64,000 bases of DNA from Felis catus (GCF_018350175.1 NC_058368.1:144338001-144402000), one strand, 5' to 3'; positions 1-14,157 are shown, numbered from the stretch's first letter. Numbers and translations: made by a program. The notes: generated by a model from the sequence alone, not told the origin.

Positions 1-1011
1 CTTTTAGGACATTTTATTCACTATAGCCTAACCTTGAGGCAAAAGTTCTTATTCTGTCTTTCTATCCAATTTGTATTTTGGATATTATATTGTTTTACTA
101 ATTGTATTGTTTCCCTGAGGCATTTAAAGGAGAAAGATGCTGTTTCAAAAATATAAAATAAATTTGTTCAAGTTCAGTGTTTCATTCTTTCCAGGCAGCA
201 TGCAGATTTCCTTAGTTCTTCTTAAATGCCATGTCATCAACATGTTTTTCATATCCTTCTTGCTCTATCTTAATGTAGTGTATCGTCTCATTACTCCAAA
301 TTATCATTTACTTCTCATTCTACCAGGAAGTGTTTTGTCTTTATATAATTTTGATAGTGACAGAGTAAGTCAGTCACTCATTTTCACAGATTTTCGAGCA
401 GAACAAATCATTCAAAATTTTATTCTAAAGTGAAGACCTTCCTCAGAAATCCTATCAGTGTCATGAATAATGATCTATTGATTTCACTTGGCAGAACACC
501 TAGGATTTTATTTTAAAACTGATATTACTTACAGCTGCTTTCATTTTTTTTAGTAGTAAATTTATAATGCACCTAGGTAAAAATCCTGTCTTTAGAATTG
601 TACTTTGAAATCCAAAAAATGTCCTTTTCCTGTCATTTTAAATGTCTCTTTCCAAAGGATAATTTTAAATTTTTCCTCAGAAGATACTGTAGTTACTTTC
701 TTTGAGAAATGTGAGGGTATATACTTGGGGTTTTGTTAGCCAGATATATTTAAGGAAAAGGATTTAAGTATTTAGGAAAGTACTATTTCTTAGTATTATG
801 AGTAAGTTCAGAAATGTGTTTTATGCTAAAGTTCTGAGTCATAGAACTTAATAATCAATGAGTATAAGTTAACACAATACGAGGACACTGTTCACCCAGC
901 ACATTGTCAGAAATTAGAAAATTTGGTAATACCTCCTTTAGGTGAAGTTGTGAAAAAACAAGTCAACTTTCATATCCTGCTGGTGGGAAGATAAACTGAT
1001 ACAGATATTTC

Positions 1012-1232
1012 TTTTTTTTTAAGTGTTTATTTATTTGAAAGAGAGTAAGTGCACACATGTGTGTGTGAATAAGCAAGCGGGAGAAGGGAAGAAAGAGAGG
1101 GAAAGAGAGAATCCTAAGCAGGCCCTGTGCTATCAGCATAGAGCCCGATGTGGGCCTCAATCTCATGAACTATGAGATCATGACCTCAGCTGAAATCAAG
1201 AGTTGGGCACTTAACTGAGCCACGCAGACATC
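1012..1232 (-). mobile_element. SINEC (carnivore tRNA-derived SINE)
   Basis: Antisense SINEC body; TSD tgata(c/t)agat(a/g)tttct. Confidence 0.88.
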
Positions 1233-1347
1233 TGATATAGATGTTTCTGTATGTTAAAATAAAAAATAAGCAAACCCTATGACTTAGAAAGCATACTTCA
1301 GGAATTTACTCTAGCTTAGACAAACACTTGTCTATATGTAATGGGTA

Positions 1348-1352
<5 letters not shown>

Positions 1353-1387
<35 letters not shown>

Positions 1388-1415
1388 TATATATATATAT
1401 AGTGTGTATATATAC
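1353..1415. repeat. (TG)n/(TA)n compound microsatellite
   Basis: Seen directly. Confidence 0.9.
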
Positions 1416-1540
1416 ATGGTTGTTCATTTCACTATTGTTTGAAAATCTAAACACAGTCTAAAATATTTAACAACAGAGAACAGCTAACTCATTTATGCGG
1501 CAGCTTCCAAAGAATGTTAAAGATATGACAGGAAATTATC

Positions 1541-2999
1541 CTAAATCTTCAATATACCATACCATCAGTGTCCACTGGACCTAATTTCAGCTTTTGAGTT
1601 TCTTAAATGTCTTTCAAAGAACAAAGAGAAAATTCATGTTTTTTTAAAAAGAAGAATAAAACTCATTCTGTCTTGCATTTACACTATGGGTCCATTGGAC
1701 CCTTTTATAAATATGAGATGTATTTTGGGATCTTTAATGATTTTATTGTTTCTATATCTGGAATATCTTGCTATTTCATCATCCCAGGAATTACTTAATT
1801 ATTGTTTATTGATTATTTCTACTAAAAAGTCTAAGAAAACTAGAGAATGGTAATGCAAAGGTGAGATAGAACTCACTATCACACCATCCTTCAGGGTTCT
1901 AATTGTGTTGCCTGAAGTGCTGCATCATCCTTCAGGAAGTTACAAAAAGAATGGAGATAACACCATTATAGTCGGCTTCTAACTTTCTTTGAACATAGCT
2001 GAGAACTCGCAATTTTTTATTTTTCACCCATAATAGCAAAAAAAAGTGACAGAAGACATTTCACAATTATTAATCAAAAGATGAATGTGAAGAGAAAGAT
2101 AGTGCTCTAGATACTAATGATGATAATGAAATTTCTTGTATAAACCCAATCTCAGATTATGAGTGTTCAGATGACAGTATCCTGGATGAATTTTCCCCAA
2201 ACTCAAGAATCATTATGCGAATATATTTTTCTAAGGGCAAAGTGAAATGTGTTCTTTTCCAGTCAGTTATTCCATAGGCAGCACACATCATGCAATATTT
2301 GGTGACAAGAACCTGATCCATCCTGTTTTGCCAAAAGGACATGTAGTAGTTTCTTTTGTCTTTTATGAAATTTGTGCCCTGAAGTTTACTTGATACTGTT
2401 TGTAGGTGGACAGGTGCTTAAGGTAGAAGACTGAAAGAAAATAGACGATGTGAAATAAAAATATTGACTTGATTGACTATTCTGATTTGATATTTATAAA
2501 TATAAAACTGAAAATTTGTTACAGTTGTGTAGCAAAGAAGATGCCTGGCCTCTCCTCAACAAAACTATAAGCTTTAAAAGATTTCAAAAAATTCAAATAT
2601 TACATTTTCGTCCATGCAAGTTGGGGAAGAACCAAAAATAATGATAAGCCAGAACATTTTAGAAACGTATTGAAATCAAAAATTAGTATTTATGAATGTT
2701 GTCCTAGGTACATTCATGATGGTTGGTGAGCAATTAGTTACATTGAGAGTGTATTGTCCGTTCCAAGCATATATGCCTTTATGAGCAGGAAAATGTGGAA
2801 TAAAAATATGAGATTTGCTCTGTTTAAGTTCTTACTAAAATTCCCCCTTCTGCAAATTATTTGTAAAATGACTGTATTTGTAATGACTGTACATTTTGAA
2901 ATGTACTTTCATTTGTAAAATGAAAGTATTAAAAAAAAAAGTAGAAGAGTCCATTGGTGAATAGTGAAGCCAATGTTTTTAGTGTATATTGAGTGTTAA
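1541..2999 (+). mobile_element. Fossil piggyBac-family DNA transposon (Looper-like) with degenerate transposase
   Basis: 2716-2811 reads MMVGEQLVTLRVYCPFQAYMPL*AGKCGIKI*, similar to the piggyBac motif TVDEQLVxFRGRCPFRQYIPSKPxKYGIKIW. The right end terminates in TTAA (2996-2999). The two ends share an inverted tcaatatac. Confidence 0.8.
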
Positions 3000-3775
3000 G
3001 GGGGAAATGTAGTTGTAGAAATACACATTACAGTATGATCCTGATTTGTTCTGCTTTTTTTTTAAATAAATTGCAAACAAATGCAATGAGTGTATAAAAA
3101 TCTAAATGCAGAGAAGAAAGTTGGGAAGGATAGATACCACACTGATCTCAGTGGTAATCTCTAGGAAGGAGAATGAGAGTAGGGCAGTGCTCATGGGGGA
3201 TATGATAAATAGATAAAGCTATAGATAAAAACAAAGTTTAAAAGCTTAAATAACAAGACCAGCAAGGCAAAAAATTAAGTTTTATATCAAAAAAAAGTGA
3301 AAGATACCAATGACCCTAGAAAGATGTTTCAGTTGAACAGAATATAAAAAGTTTAGGTCTCCCAAGTCCAGCACATAATATAATTTCTATTAATGTAATA
3401 ATTAAATCTGGACTAATTTTCAGGGATAGCCTTTATTATGCTTATTACTAAAAATGATTTAAATAACACTGATCTGAACTGTAACTTTTAGTAATGAAAA
3501 TATTGGTCTTAGATAATATTAAGAAAATAAAAATTAAAAAAGATCTTGTAAAGTAGACTTCAGCATTAGAGCTACTGTAGGACTCTGCTGAAGTTTGTCC
3601 TTCAAACACTGTTACAATAATTGTCCTCCTAATTCTTACAATTAAAATTTAACTTTAATACTCAAAGCCTTATTCTGGATGTATTCTTAAAGTCTGTTTT
3701 GTAAACGAGAACTTAGAGATTTTTTTAAAAGGCAGTTTTCATGCCTAGTAAGTTGAAACATGCTTCTTTTTGCAG

Positions 3776-3887
3776 ACCAACTCTACAAGAAGAAAGGAAG
3801 ATCATGATTAAAAATGGCCGGCATCCTGTGATTGACGTGTTGCTGGGAGAACAGGATCAATATGTTCCCAACAGTACAAATTTATCA
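3776..3887 (+). CDS. MSH3: MSH3 coding exon (equivalent to human exon 19), 112 nt
   Basis: Acceptor ttttgcag|A and donor TCA|gtaagt. Translates (R)[37 protein letters not shown], with the MutS GRHP and VPN motifs. Phase 0 at the 3' end matches the next exon. Confidence 0.97.
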
Positions 3888-4921
3888 GTAAGTACCATGT
3901 GATGCCAAATGAGTAAAAGACGATAACACGGATCCAAACTTTTAAATACAAAATAAGTATTTTTCTGATTTACACAGGTTTTAACTGGTTTTCAGTGTTA
4001 AGTGTGGTAATCTTGGGCTCTACTTTTATATTCATCACCACATATGGAATTGGTGACATTTTCAATGAAGGATTATCCTTAAGTGGAAAGATGTAGCAAC
4101 TAAATGGTTAATCTTAAGTTGTTATCCTAGGTAACTCCTAAAAATATTTTTCATTTATGAATGCCTAAATATGCTAATAGAGTGGAATCATACCATGGTT
4201 TTGCAAATTCCTATTAGTGTTTATCATTGTATGCTTTGACCTATGTTTCACCATTTTAAAATGTTCTGTGAAAGAATTAGAGATGTTTCAGCTCATTTCG
4301 GTGATGAGAACTTTTGTCATATGGGCTAGAGTTCTCTCACAGAACATTAATGATCCTAAAGATTTCTTCATTTAATACATACTTACTGCATTCCTATTTA
4401 GCTTCAGTAGCAAAGCAAGTGTTAGGACAGAGAGTAGTAAGCCAGACAGAGATACACACTGCTCTGAGGGAACTTGTGACCAAGCCAGAAGGTTGTGCTG
4501 CTGTTATAATAGATGATCTAGGAAACCAGGTGGTCCCAGGAGCATGTAGCAGGTCAACCTAACTTATTATAGGGGGAACATTGAGCAAGGTTTCCTGGGG
4601 ATGAGATACTAACTGAAGAGGGAGTCAGCATAGGCCAGAGAAGTAGAGAGGAGTATACCAGGTCAAGGAACCAACATGGGAGAGGCCAAGAGTGAGGCAG
4701 AGCAGAGTGAATTCAGGGAAGTGAAAGATGTTGAGTAACCTGGAAAAGTGAGTATGAAGAAAGAAGGGTTCAGAAATAAGGAAGAGGCCAGTTTGCTTGC
4801 ATGCCATATTAAGGAATTTGAATTTATTCCTAAAGGATTTAGAATACTAGCAAGAGAGTAATTAAAACTGGGGAAAAAAAAGCAAACTTATGGGAGGGAG
4901 GGTGTGCATGTGTGCCTTGCC

Positions 4922-4923
<2 letters not shown>

Positions 4924-4962
<39 letters not shown>
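4924..4962. repeat. (TG)n microsatellite
   Basis: Seen directly. Confidence 0.95.
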
Positions 4963-4964
<2 letters not shown>

Positions 4965-4978
4965 TACATAGAGTACAC

Positions 4979-5726
4979 TGTCAAAGATAAAGCCATACAC
5001 TAATTAAAGTGGTAAGGGTAGAATCATATTACTGTGATTGCAGTAGGGAAAAGAGGATAGTGTGGACTGAACTCAACTTCAGTTTGTACAGAGATGACTG
5101 CGTGTTTTAAAGGGAGAGTGAGGGACTAGGAAAGAGGAATGGGGTGGGTAGTGGAGGCGGTGTCCTGCAGATTAAAGGGAGTAGAAATTGGAACAAGCAG
5201 GGAAGGGGATTGGTTAATGTGAAACCTATCTGGGTTTATTAACTGGCACTTGGAGCTTTTACCCTCATACGGGGAGTGGAAAGAAAGGGAGAGTTGTCTT
5301 CTTGAATGTTTGCATTTCAAAGAGATGACTCACCTTGAGAAGACATTTCTAGGTGGTAGAAGATTTACATCTCAAAAGGGCAGAGAATGGATTTCTAACT
5401 AAGCTTTCTGAAGGAATTGCTCTCAGAGGAGGTACAGGGGCCTCTCTGCTGGTCATCACCGTTTGGCTGGAAGAAGCAGTAAATTCTCCTGGCAGTCTTG
5501 TACTTTTTCAGGTAGGAACTTTAAGAGGGTTGGGGTCATCCTAAGAACATGGCCTTCAGCTGCAAGAAACTGTGCTAGTGTGTATTCTGGTGTCTTAGTG
5601 GGGTGAGTAAACAAAATCATTTGTGCTGAAAGTGTGCAATTTTTAGAGGCCATGGTTGAAGCCTAGTGGAGAAGAGGGCCCAGGAGGAGCCTGACTACAA
5701 TTTGTTCAAAGTGAGAGTCTTGGTCA
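4979..5726 (-). mobile_element. Solo ERV1-class LTR (MER31/MER67-like)
   Basis: TG...CA termini. The minus strand begins tgaccaagactctcactttgaacaaattgtagtcaggctcctc, resembling the MER31-family start as I recall it. Confidence 0.65.
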
Positions 5727-6922
5727 GCATAGAGTGAAATAATCTGGTGATGGGATCAGTGAATTACTGTAGGGAAGAGTTCAGTGAGAGAGGTTGTATC
5801 AAGGAATGAAATGCCTGACTTTAAGATTTCAGAGATAGTGCTCTTCTGGGAGATGGCAAGCCCTAGGTTTGGCCGTAGAAGGTGGGTAGCAGAAGTGGAG
5901 GTCTTTGGAGATGAGATCAAGGAACAGAGTTTGGGAAAAAGTCATCCACATGAATGTTGAAATCATCTAAGAGAACAGCAGCATTTGTAGGGAAAGCCAA
6001 AGGTGTTCCAGGTGCCAAAGATTCCAAGGGATGGAGACTGGTGACAGGGAAGTTTGTGGATGCCTGCAGTGAGGACAAGCAGAGGTGGTAAAGTTCTAAA
6101 GAAACACATAAGAACACATGAGGGAGAACCTCTGAACTCTGAGATGTGTGTGGCAGGATGTGGCCGAAAGCGCAGCCTCCAAACGAAGTGAACAACAGCC
6201 AGGTTTCAGTTTAAGCCTTTTTGAAGGAGGTATTAAACAAGAAGGTTAGAACCACAGAAGGGCTTGGGAATTTTTCAGAGTTCAGTGGGAAAATTGGAAT
6301 GTAGCAGAGCAGCTAGAAATTAGGTCAGAGAAAGGAAGTCCAGAACAGCAAGGGAGTTGGGAATATAACAGAGTATTCCCTCTTGGGCTGTAAGCAAGGG
6401 TGACAGAGATGTGCACATGGTGAATTTGGCTGGCCCCAAGTGTGGTAAGTGAAAGGAAATGCTTTGAATTACATTAAGTTTAATATTACATTTTGATATA
6501 ACACACAGACTTGTTGGTAGTGTATAATCTGGTCCGCAAAGTCTGTAAACTTGTTCGTTCTCATTAGGGAATTTGTAAATTGCTTAATTTATCAAGCCAA
6601 GTTAATACGTACTGATGCTTTATTGACTTTTAAAAGAAGAATGAACATAAGAATTTCTTTTTCAGTTCCCATAATACCAGTGGGGGTATAGCTTTTCTTG
6701 AGAAAGTAATATAGTTGTAACATTTAATACCTTGGTTTATATTTTACTTACAAATCACTTAAACATTATTTCCTGTTACTGTCCCCATCCCCCAGCACAC
6801 CAGCCAACTCAAACGCAATCCCAAGTATGTTATCTTCAACATTGATTTTTTTTGTTTTTTTTCCCCTTTTTCATTCTTTTTTTTTTTTTTTCTCTTTCAC
6901 ATTATTTTAAAAGTATTTTACT

Positions 6923-7152
6923 GGGGCGCCTGGGTGGCTCAGTCGGTTAAGCATCTGACTTCAGTTTAGGTCATGATCTCATGGTTTGTGAGTTCGAGCC
7001 CTGCATCAGGCTCTGTGCTGACAGCTCAGAGCCTGGAGCCTGCTTCAGATTCTGTGTCTCCCTCTCTCTCTGTCTGTACCCTGCTCACGCTCTGTCTCTC
7101 TCTCTCAAAAACTGAATAAACAGTAAAAAAAATTTTTTTAATGAATAAAAAA
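6923..7152 (+). mobile_element. SINEC
   Basis: ggggcgcctgggtggctcag head, CT tract and A-tail. Confidence 0.92.
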
Positions 7153-10100
7153 TGTATTATACTGTTTAATAAAGCAAGAGTTGAGAAACTAAAGTAGCCT
7201 TTTACCTAATTACAAAAATGTTTTAAGGAAACATTAAAATTTTATATTTAAATTTTTACAAAATAAATGGAGAGATTTTTTTCCAGTAGGCACTTTAGAA
7301 TATTCCAGAATATTCATTTCTTTTACATATGCTTTTTCTAACTTGAGTAGGAGTTGATATAGAACTGTTGCTATGGTGAAGTGCATTCTATTTTGCAGGG
7401 TATAAATTTATATATAGGGATAGTGTTGAAAAAGAACTTACTATGTAAAACTCAATTTAAAATAATTTATAGGTGTTAATTATAAAATATAGCCTGAAAA
7501 TAATTTCCTGAAAGTCAAATGACATTGTTACTTTTGATAATCATGTAATTTTAAGAAATGGTCTTTTGTACATGTGATTATAATATACTTTTCTGGATTC
7601 TGTCTTATGTGAACTTATTATAGTTCTTCTGAACAAGCCAACTTTCTGCCTACTTCTCCTCTGCCAGTTTGAAGAATACTCTTTTTTTTCACATTTCACG
7701 ATTTTGCATTTATTTATGAATTTTTATTAGCATTATTTTGTGAATATTTTGTTCTTAGCGATTTTGACGCACTTTGTGTCAGTATTGTGCATGATATCAG
7801 GCTTATAAAGAAGAAAGAGACAGACTACCTCCCTAATGTGGTGGGAGACATACTCAATTACATTAACACTAATAGAGTATTTAACACAAACCATGAGGGA
7901 ACTAACAGACCACCTGGTAGGAACATTGGCCCCAAACTTGAACAGGCATTTCAAAGTAAACGATATCCCAGTGGTCATTCAACAGACTAACATTTATTTT
8001 CTTGACCTGCTGTATATTAGCTGTTATAGAATACAAAAATATAGCAAAGAATTAAATAGAGAGGAACTGTGACTCTGAGGTGTTTGGGTAACATTGGGTG
8101 AAGATCCTAATGTGAAGGTGAAATGAAGACCAGGAGAGAGGTCTGAGCTGGAGTTAGGGATTTTAGGATGATCATGATGTATGTACAGGAGTTGAGATTC
8201 TGGATCTCTCAGGGAAATTATGTAACAATGTAAAGAAGGCTGATGAAAAAAAAGCCCTCTCAGGCGCTAACACTGAAGGAGTAGTTTCACTAAAAGCAGG
8301 TTTAAGTGAGGACTTTCTAAGAATCTTTTAAACATATTTCCCCTACCTTACTTTCAGAATTCAGAGTTCTAGTTTAGTCACACTTGCTCCAGTGGTAACC
8401 AGATGCTACTGTGTATTTCTTCCTATCCTGTGACACCTAGCTCTGCCACATCTTCTAGGAAACCTTGGTTTGACTTCTCCAAGCAGGATTGAAAGGAATA
8501 CTCTTTTAAATCCTCTTTTTGTTTCCCTTCCCGATTCACTGCATAATCTGAGTGTTTGTGGACTTAGCAGCGCTAGATTTCCCCATGTCCGTCTTGCCCA
8601 TCTCCAGTTCAGTCCTCCATTCTGCAGCTGCAGGGCTTTTCCTAACCTGTCCTGTCACTCTCGCACTTAAAATCATGCTTAAAATTCCAGCCATGTAGTT
8701 CCCAAGTTACCATGCCTCTGGGACTTGGCAGATGGCATTCCCTCTGCCTAGAATGTCATCTTTCCCCAACACCATCCACTCCTGCCTCACACACACCCAC
8801 AACCCACCCCATCCCGCCCTCCAGCTCCTGCTGTTCTTGAAGTCTTGTCTTGGATGTCACTTTCTGCACTGAGCCTCTCCTAACCACTGCTGGGTTGGGT
8901 ATCTCATCACTTACCCGTTACACTCTTATTTCTCCCCATTTTAGTACTTACCCAGTTCATTATAAGTGCTTTTGTATGTGGTTCCTAGTGTACTGTAAGC
9001 TTCATGAGAAGGGAATAGGCTTCTCTGGTTAGTTGTAATGCTGCTGTCAGTCACAGTTCTCTGGCATTTAGCGGGCATCTAATCATATTTGTTAAATAAA
9101 CAAGGATTAGCTATAAGCCTTGAGCAGTCTCCAAATCTCACTCTAAATTTTTGCCCTTTTTTCCCACAAAATGTTATTTTTTAGGATGTTGTATGGGAAT
9201 ATCACAATTTCCTGAATAATTATACTGTAGAACTAGAAGGGATGTTAGGGATCATTTCGTGTAACCACCTCTTCTTACTTAGGAGGAAACCAAAGCCCAG
9301 AAAGGGGAAGTTGACTTGCCAGAGGTTACCCAAGTTGAGTAGTCTTGAACTATTTCCCAGAACACAGAGTATTGTCAGGCAAGCCAATGCTTTTTAATCT
9401 TCTTCACTTTTTCACTGTCTTGAAAATGATAAGGGTATGGTGATAAACTGGAATGAAAGGAAAAGGAAAATGTTGCTCAGAGCCAAAGGAGGTTGGCCCA
9501 AGGCTCTGGCAACCCCAGCCCCAGCTGCCACCTTGAGGGTTAGGAGGTCAGCTTCTTAGCATACCTGTGACCCATGAGGCAGACCAAGACATAATGTGCC
9601 AAGATAATTCTGCTTGGGAAATGCCACTGCAATCCCGTGCAGTCTCAGCACTGTTTATTTATTAAACCAAATGACTTTCTAGTAGATGGATTTTTGACAG
9701 CAACTGAAGTTGGAGTTTTAGTTGGTTGTTGGGTTTTTTTTGTTTGTTTTTAATGTAAGTAATATAAATTCCCCTTATTGGGAGAGGGAAAGGGAAAATT
9801 GTGGTTCAGTGTTTCTCAGTTTGTGGAAGGGAAGAAAAAGAGTTGAATGTGCAAAGCAGGAAGGTTCCCAGGAAATACTTGAACCCTGTGGATCTCTGTA
9901 GCCCCAAGGGAAGTCCACAGCCCAGCGGTGGTGGGTGGACACTGAATTCCCAGTGACAATCCCTTCTCCTGAAATCAAGAAGGGGCTTTAAGCACCTCAG
10001 CCCCTAGCACTGTGTGGCACATAGTAAGTGCTCACACATTTGTTACATGAATGATGCTTGAAAACAGTAAAGATGAGGGCGTGCTGGAGGGGAACAAGAT

Positions 10101-10650
10101 CACCAACTTCCCATTTCCTTCCTTCTCCCAAGATAAATACTTCTAGGTAACCTAGAAATACTTGCTTTGTCTATATAAAAGACTGATTATACTAATTTCA
10201 TAAGCTATTTATTGACTCTTTGTACCTAATTACCAAGCAGAGTAGCAGTAATGCATACCATAAAAATATGTCTGAGCACTAAGCTTAATTTAATTCTGTG
10301 CCTGAATTATTCTCATAGATTTTGCTATAAATGTGATTTTTGTATAGTATAATCATGGGATCATACTGTTAAAAAAAGAAAGTAGAGGAAACATTAATGG
10401 CACTTGAACATTTTTTTCTGTTACTTCTCACCCCTGGTACCCATTTCTTCCTGCTTCTGAACCACTGAGATAAAGAAGGATATTTTATATGATAACTGAT
10501 GACTTTTTAATGGGTTCTGTCCTGGGCTTCTCTCTTCCTGTCCATAACCCATCTCCATTGATTGAATAAGTACTCATCCTTTATGACCCAAAAAATACTA
10601 CTTCGTCCTCAGAGCTTTCATCATTACTCTGGTCAGAAATAATCTCTTTT

Positions 10651-10797
10651 AAAAAACTGAGAACAAACTGAGGGTTGATGGGGGGTGGGAGGGAGGCGAG
10701 GGTGGTGATGGGCATTGAGGAGGGCACCTTTTGGGATGAGCACTGGGTGTTGTATGGAAACCAATTTGACAATAAACTTCATATATTGAAAAAAAAA
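10651..10797 (+). mobile_element. Heavily 5'-truncated young felid L1 (3' UTR end, about 150 bp)
   Basis: G-rich L1 3' UTR, AATAAA and A-tail. Perfect 17-bp TSD agaaataatctctttta at 10635-10651 and 10798-10814. Confidence 0.92.
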
Positions 10798-12453
10798 AGA
10801 AATAATCTCTTTTATCCAGGCATTTTCTTTGTTTTGTTTTTAAAACTCTTACCACGTACCACTTGTTGGTACATAGAGGTAGTGGGAGAGTGCCTAACAG
10901 TGATTGGAGATGTAAATTCCAGTCCTGTTCTGCTGCTGTTTTGCTATCAGCTTGGATAGACCACTGTTCTCTTCATCTATGAAATGAGGGGATTAGGTTG
11001 AGTAACAACTAGCTCTTAGTGGAATATAAATTGGGCAGTATCCAGGCATCAGAAGGATTTGGACCCTTTCCTCAGCATCTCAGCTTGTAGTCTGTACTCC
11101 TCTCCAGCCTCATTATCCCCCTTTCTGTTTGTAGTTCACCTTGGGTTAAAAGTGCAAGGATTTGGCTAAGAGTTTGTCTGGAGGAGGCTTTCGCTAGGGA
11201 GTCTCTTACTGTAACCTGTTATTGATTGACATTTTCAAGGAATAAAACACTTTGAAACTGCCAAACTTTTTCAGCAGTTTGCAACTATTATAAAAATAGT
11301 TCTACCATGAGCCTTTCTTGAAGATAGATGTTGATATCGGTACCTGTCAAGGAAAGAAGGCTTTTTTGTAAAAAGCAGCTAATGCCCAAGTCTTGGAAAT
11401 TAACATGTGACACTTTTGGTGTTTTATTTATTTAATTTTTTTTGCTATACATCTCCTGACTTTAGGACTGTTCTGACCATCATTTTAGTGTACCCAGTGA
11501 TGGACCCACGGATGCTGGCCCTGCACCAGAGTAGCCCTTGTCCTGTTTAGCAGTGACTGTGACTCTCTGTCATTGAGCAGAGATCCCCTATGAGACATTT
11601 GTCCAGAGATGATCTTTACTTAACATCCCAGTTCTGCTACTTAGTAGCTGCGTGTTACTGGACAAGGTACCTAGAGTCTCCTGGCCTGTGTTTCCTTGCT
11701 GTAACATGGAAATACAGTAGTACTGTCGTTACCCTGTGAGGCTGTTTGTTGTGAGAGCTAAATGAGATGGTGCACATCAGGTCATCAGCACAGTTATCTG
11801 TGGCACTTGTTAGCTGCAGTGTTCTTATGGTACCTTAAAACCTTTTATGTTTTCATCTCCGCTTCACTTCTCTTTCCACAGAAGACAGAATTCAGTGTGG
11901 AAGTTGACTAGTTATCTAAAAACTTACTGGTTTAGATTCAGTGTTTGATTCTTGATATCCACTGCTAGGCTGTTACTGACTGATGCTATCCAGGCAGACA
12001 TCACCAGTACCAAGGTAAAAACTTGAGATATTGAACTTTAGTCTCCCCAAAGGTTCATTGAGGTGGTAGATGCCATCCAGAAACATAGTCCCCATGGTGG
12101 AGTACTTCCGTGTTTGTTTACTGTCATTTATTCATTCAGCCATCCATCTGTGATTTCCTGAGAGCTTGCTCTGTGTGCATCATCACGCTCAGTACCTGGC
12201 ATAGGTCTGGGCACCATCTAGGCTGTCCAGTTTGATGTGTTCTTGGTAACTTCAGTAGGTTCCGGAAAGGGTAAAGAGTTTTTGCCAATTTTCAGCTTCT
12301 AGCTATTCTCTTGCAATGTTTCCTCATCCTGACTGGTTTTCCAGATAGATTTAAGGTGTTTTTCATATCTAGGACCTTTTGATGTGTGGACATCAAAGGA
12401 CATATGATCCTTGCTGAAAGGTAGATGCATAAAATACATGTGTGAGATTTCTT

Positions 12454-12650
12454 TTTTTCTTTTTTTAATATTTATTCATTTTGGGGAGAAGATGGGGGAA
12501 GGGCAAAAAGAGGGACAGAGGACCTGAAGCGGGTTCCCTACTGAGGCTGACAGCCGCGAGCCTGATGTGGGGCTCAAACTCACTAAGCACAAGATCATAA
12601 CCTGAACCAAAGTCAGACACTCAACCAATTGAGCCACCCTGGTGCTCCAG
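12454..12650 (-). mobile_element. SINEC
   Basis: TSD gtgtgagatttctt on both sides. Confidence 0.88.
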
Positions 12651-12809
12651 GTGTGAGATTTCTTGATCATTTCCTCACTAACTAGGTTATCTTGGGAACT
12701 GTAGAGGACAGGGAGTCACATATTCCTGACTAGTTTCCAGAGAGAATGCACATGATTTTTTGATATGTCAGGGTGGTGAATATCCCTGTTGCAGTGCCTT
12801 TCACACAAT

Positions 12810-13680
12810 AAATTCATATATTTGACCAGTACTTATTAAGTGCCTTCTTTGTAGCAGGCCATGTTGTATTCATTGGGGATGAGCAAGATAACCTAGTTCC
12901 TCTCATGGGAACTAACTTTCTAGCAGTGACGCTGGTAATAAGTAAACAAGAAAATTAAGGAAATTTCAGAGAAGGGTAAAAGATATAAAGAAAATCAAAT
13001 GGGTGTCATGATAGAGTGTGACAGGGCAGAGGGGCTTAAGTAGATTCAGTGGTCAGAAAAGGTCTCTCCTGGGAGTTGATGTTTGAGTTTGGACTTGAAT
13101 GACAAAAAGGATCTAATCAGGGAAGAGCACCCCAGATGCAAGGAACTATGGAAAGGCCTGGACAGCTTGGCACCTTCCAGCAGGTGGAAGAAGAGCATAA
13201 ACCCAGCCTGGCTAGTAGTAAGTGAACGTGTGGAGGGTGGAAGGAGACTGGGCCAGAGAGGCAGGCATGGCCTTTTGGCAGTGGTGTGGAGTCCAGGCTT
13301 TATTATTAGAACACTGGGGAGCTGTGTGAGGGCTTTTTAGCAGGAGACCAATTCTGTTTTCATTTTTTAATTTTTTTATTCATTTTTGAGAGACAGAAAG
13401 ACAGAATGTGAGCAGGGGAGGGGCAGAGAGAGAGGGAAACACAGATCCGAAGCAGGCTCCAGGCTCTGAGCTGTGAGATCAGGGGAGATCATGACCTGAG
13501 CCGAAGTCAGACGCTTAGCTGACTGAGCCACGCAGGTGCCCCTGTTTTCATTTTTAAGACCATCTCTCTGACTGTTATGTGGAGAACGGACTGTGGGCAG
13601 AGAAGCAAGAAGACCAGTCGGGATCTACTGCAGTGGTCCACCAGGATGGTGGCAGTAGAGAGGGGACAGGTAGTATTTAT
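12810..13680 (-). mobile_element. Degenerate LINE-2 remnant interrupted by a SINE
   Basis: attcatatatttgaccagtacttattaagtgcc ... catctctctgactgttatgtggagaacggactg, resembling the L2 3' region. Confidence 0.55.
13369..13542 (-). mobile_element. SINEC with internal deletion
   Basis: TSD tgttttcattttt; central segment missing. Confidence 0.88.
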
Positions 13681-13941
13681 GCATCTCAAAGTCCCTCCTG
13701 ATTCTCCACAGTGTCTTTTTTACATTAGTGTTTACTAGAGTGTGCCCAGTGTATAATTTAGCTCCCATTGGAGGTATAAATATTAGTGCTTATTGGGAAG
13801 GCAGCCACTTTGTCACCTAAAAATAGTTAAGTGAGTTGAAATCATTTCATTCCTTAAAGCCTCCAAGTTAGTTCTCACCTGAAATCTTCAAATCCTGGAT
13901 AGGCCTGGAAAGTTCACTTCCACAGAAGTGACCGCAAGTCT

Positions 13942-14157
13942 GGGGCGCCTGGGTGGCTCAGTCAGTTAGTCATCTGACTTTAGCTCAGGTCATGATCTCA
14001 CGGTTTGTGAGTTTGAGCCCTGCATTGGGCTCTGTGCAGGCAGCTCAGAACCTGGAGCTTCTGATTTTCTGTCTCTCTCTCTGCCCCTCCCTCTACCCCT
14101 CCCCCACTCGCATTCTGCCTCTATCTCAAAAATAAATAAACACGAAAAAAAAAAAAA
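13942..14157 (+). mobile_element. SINEC
   Basis: Perfect 17-bp TSD agaagtgaccgcaagtc at 13924-13940 and 14158-14174. Confidence 0.93.

Noticed and set aside
137..433. 98-aa ORF at the window start; also searched 1-3775 for the preceding MSH3 exon
   Set aside because: AT-rich, low-information ORF with no MutS-like motif; the previous exon appears to lie outside the window.
6923..7000. tRNA-like A/B-box sequences at SINE heads
   Set aside because: These are tRNA-derived SINEC heads continuing into the SINE body; no standalone tRNA gene.
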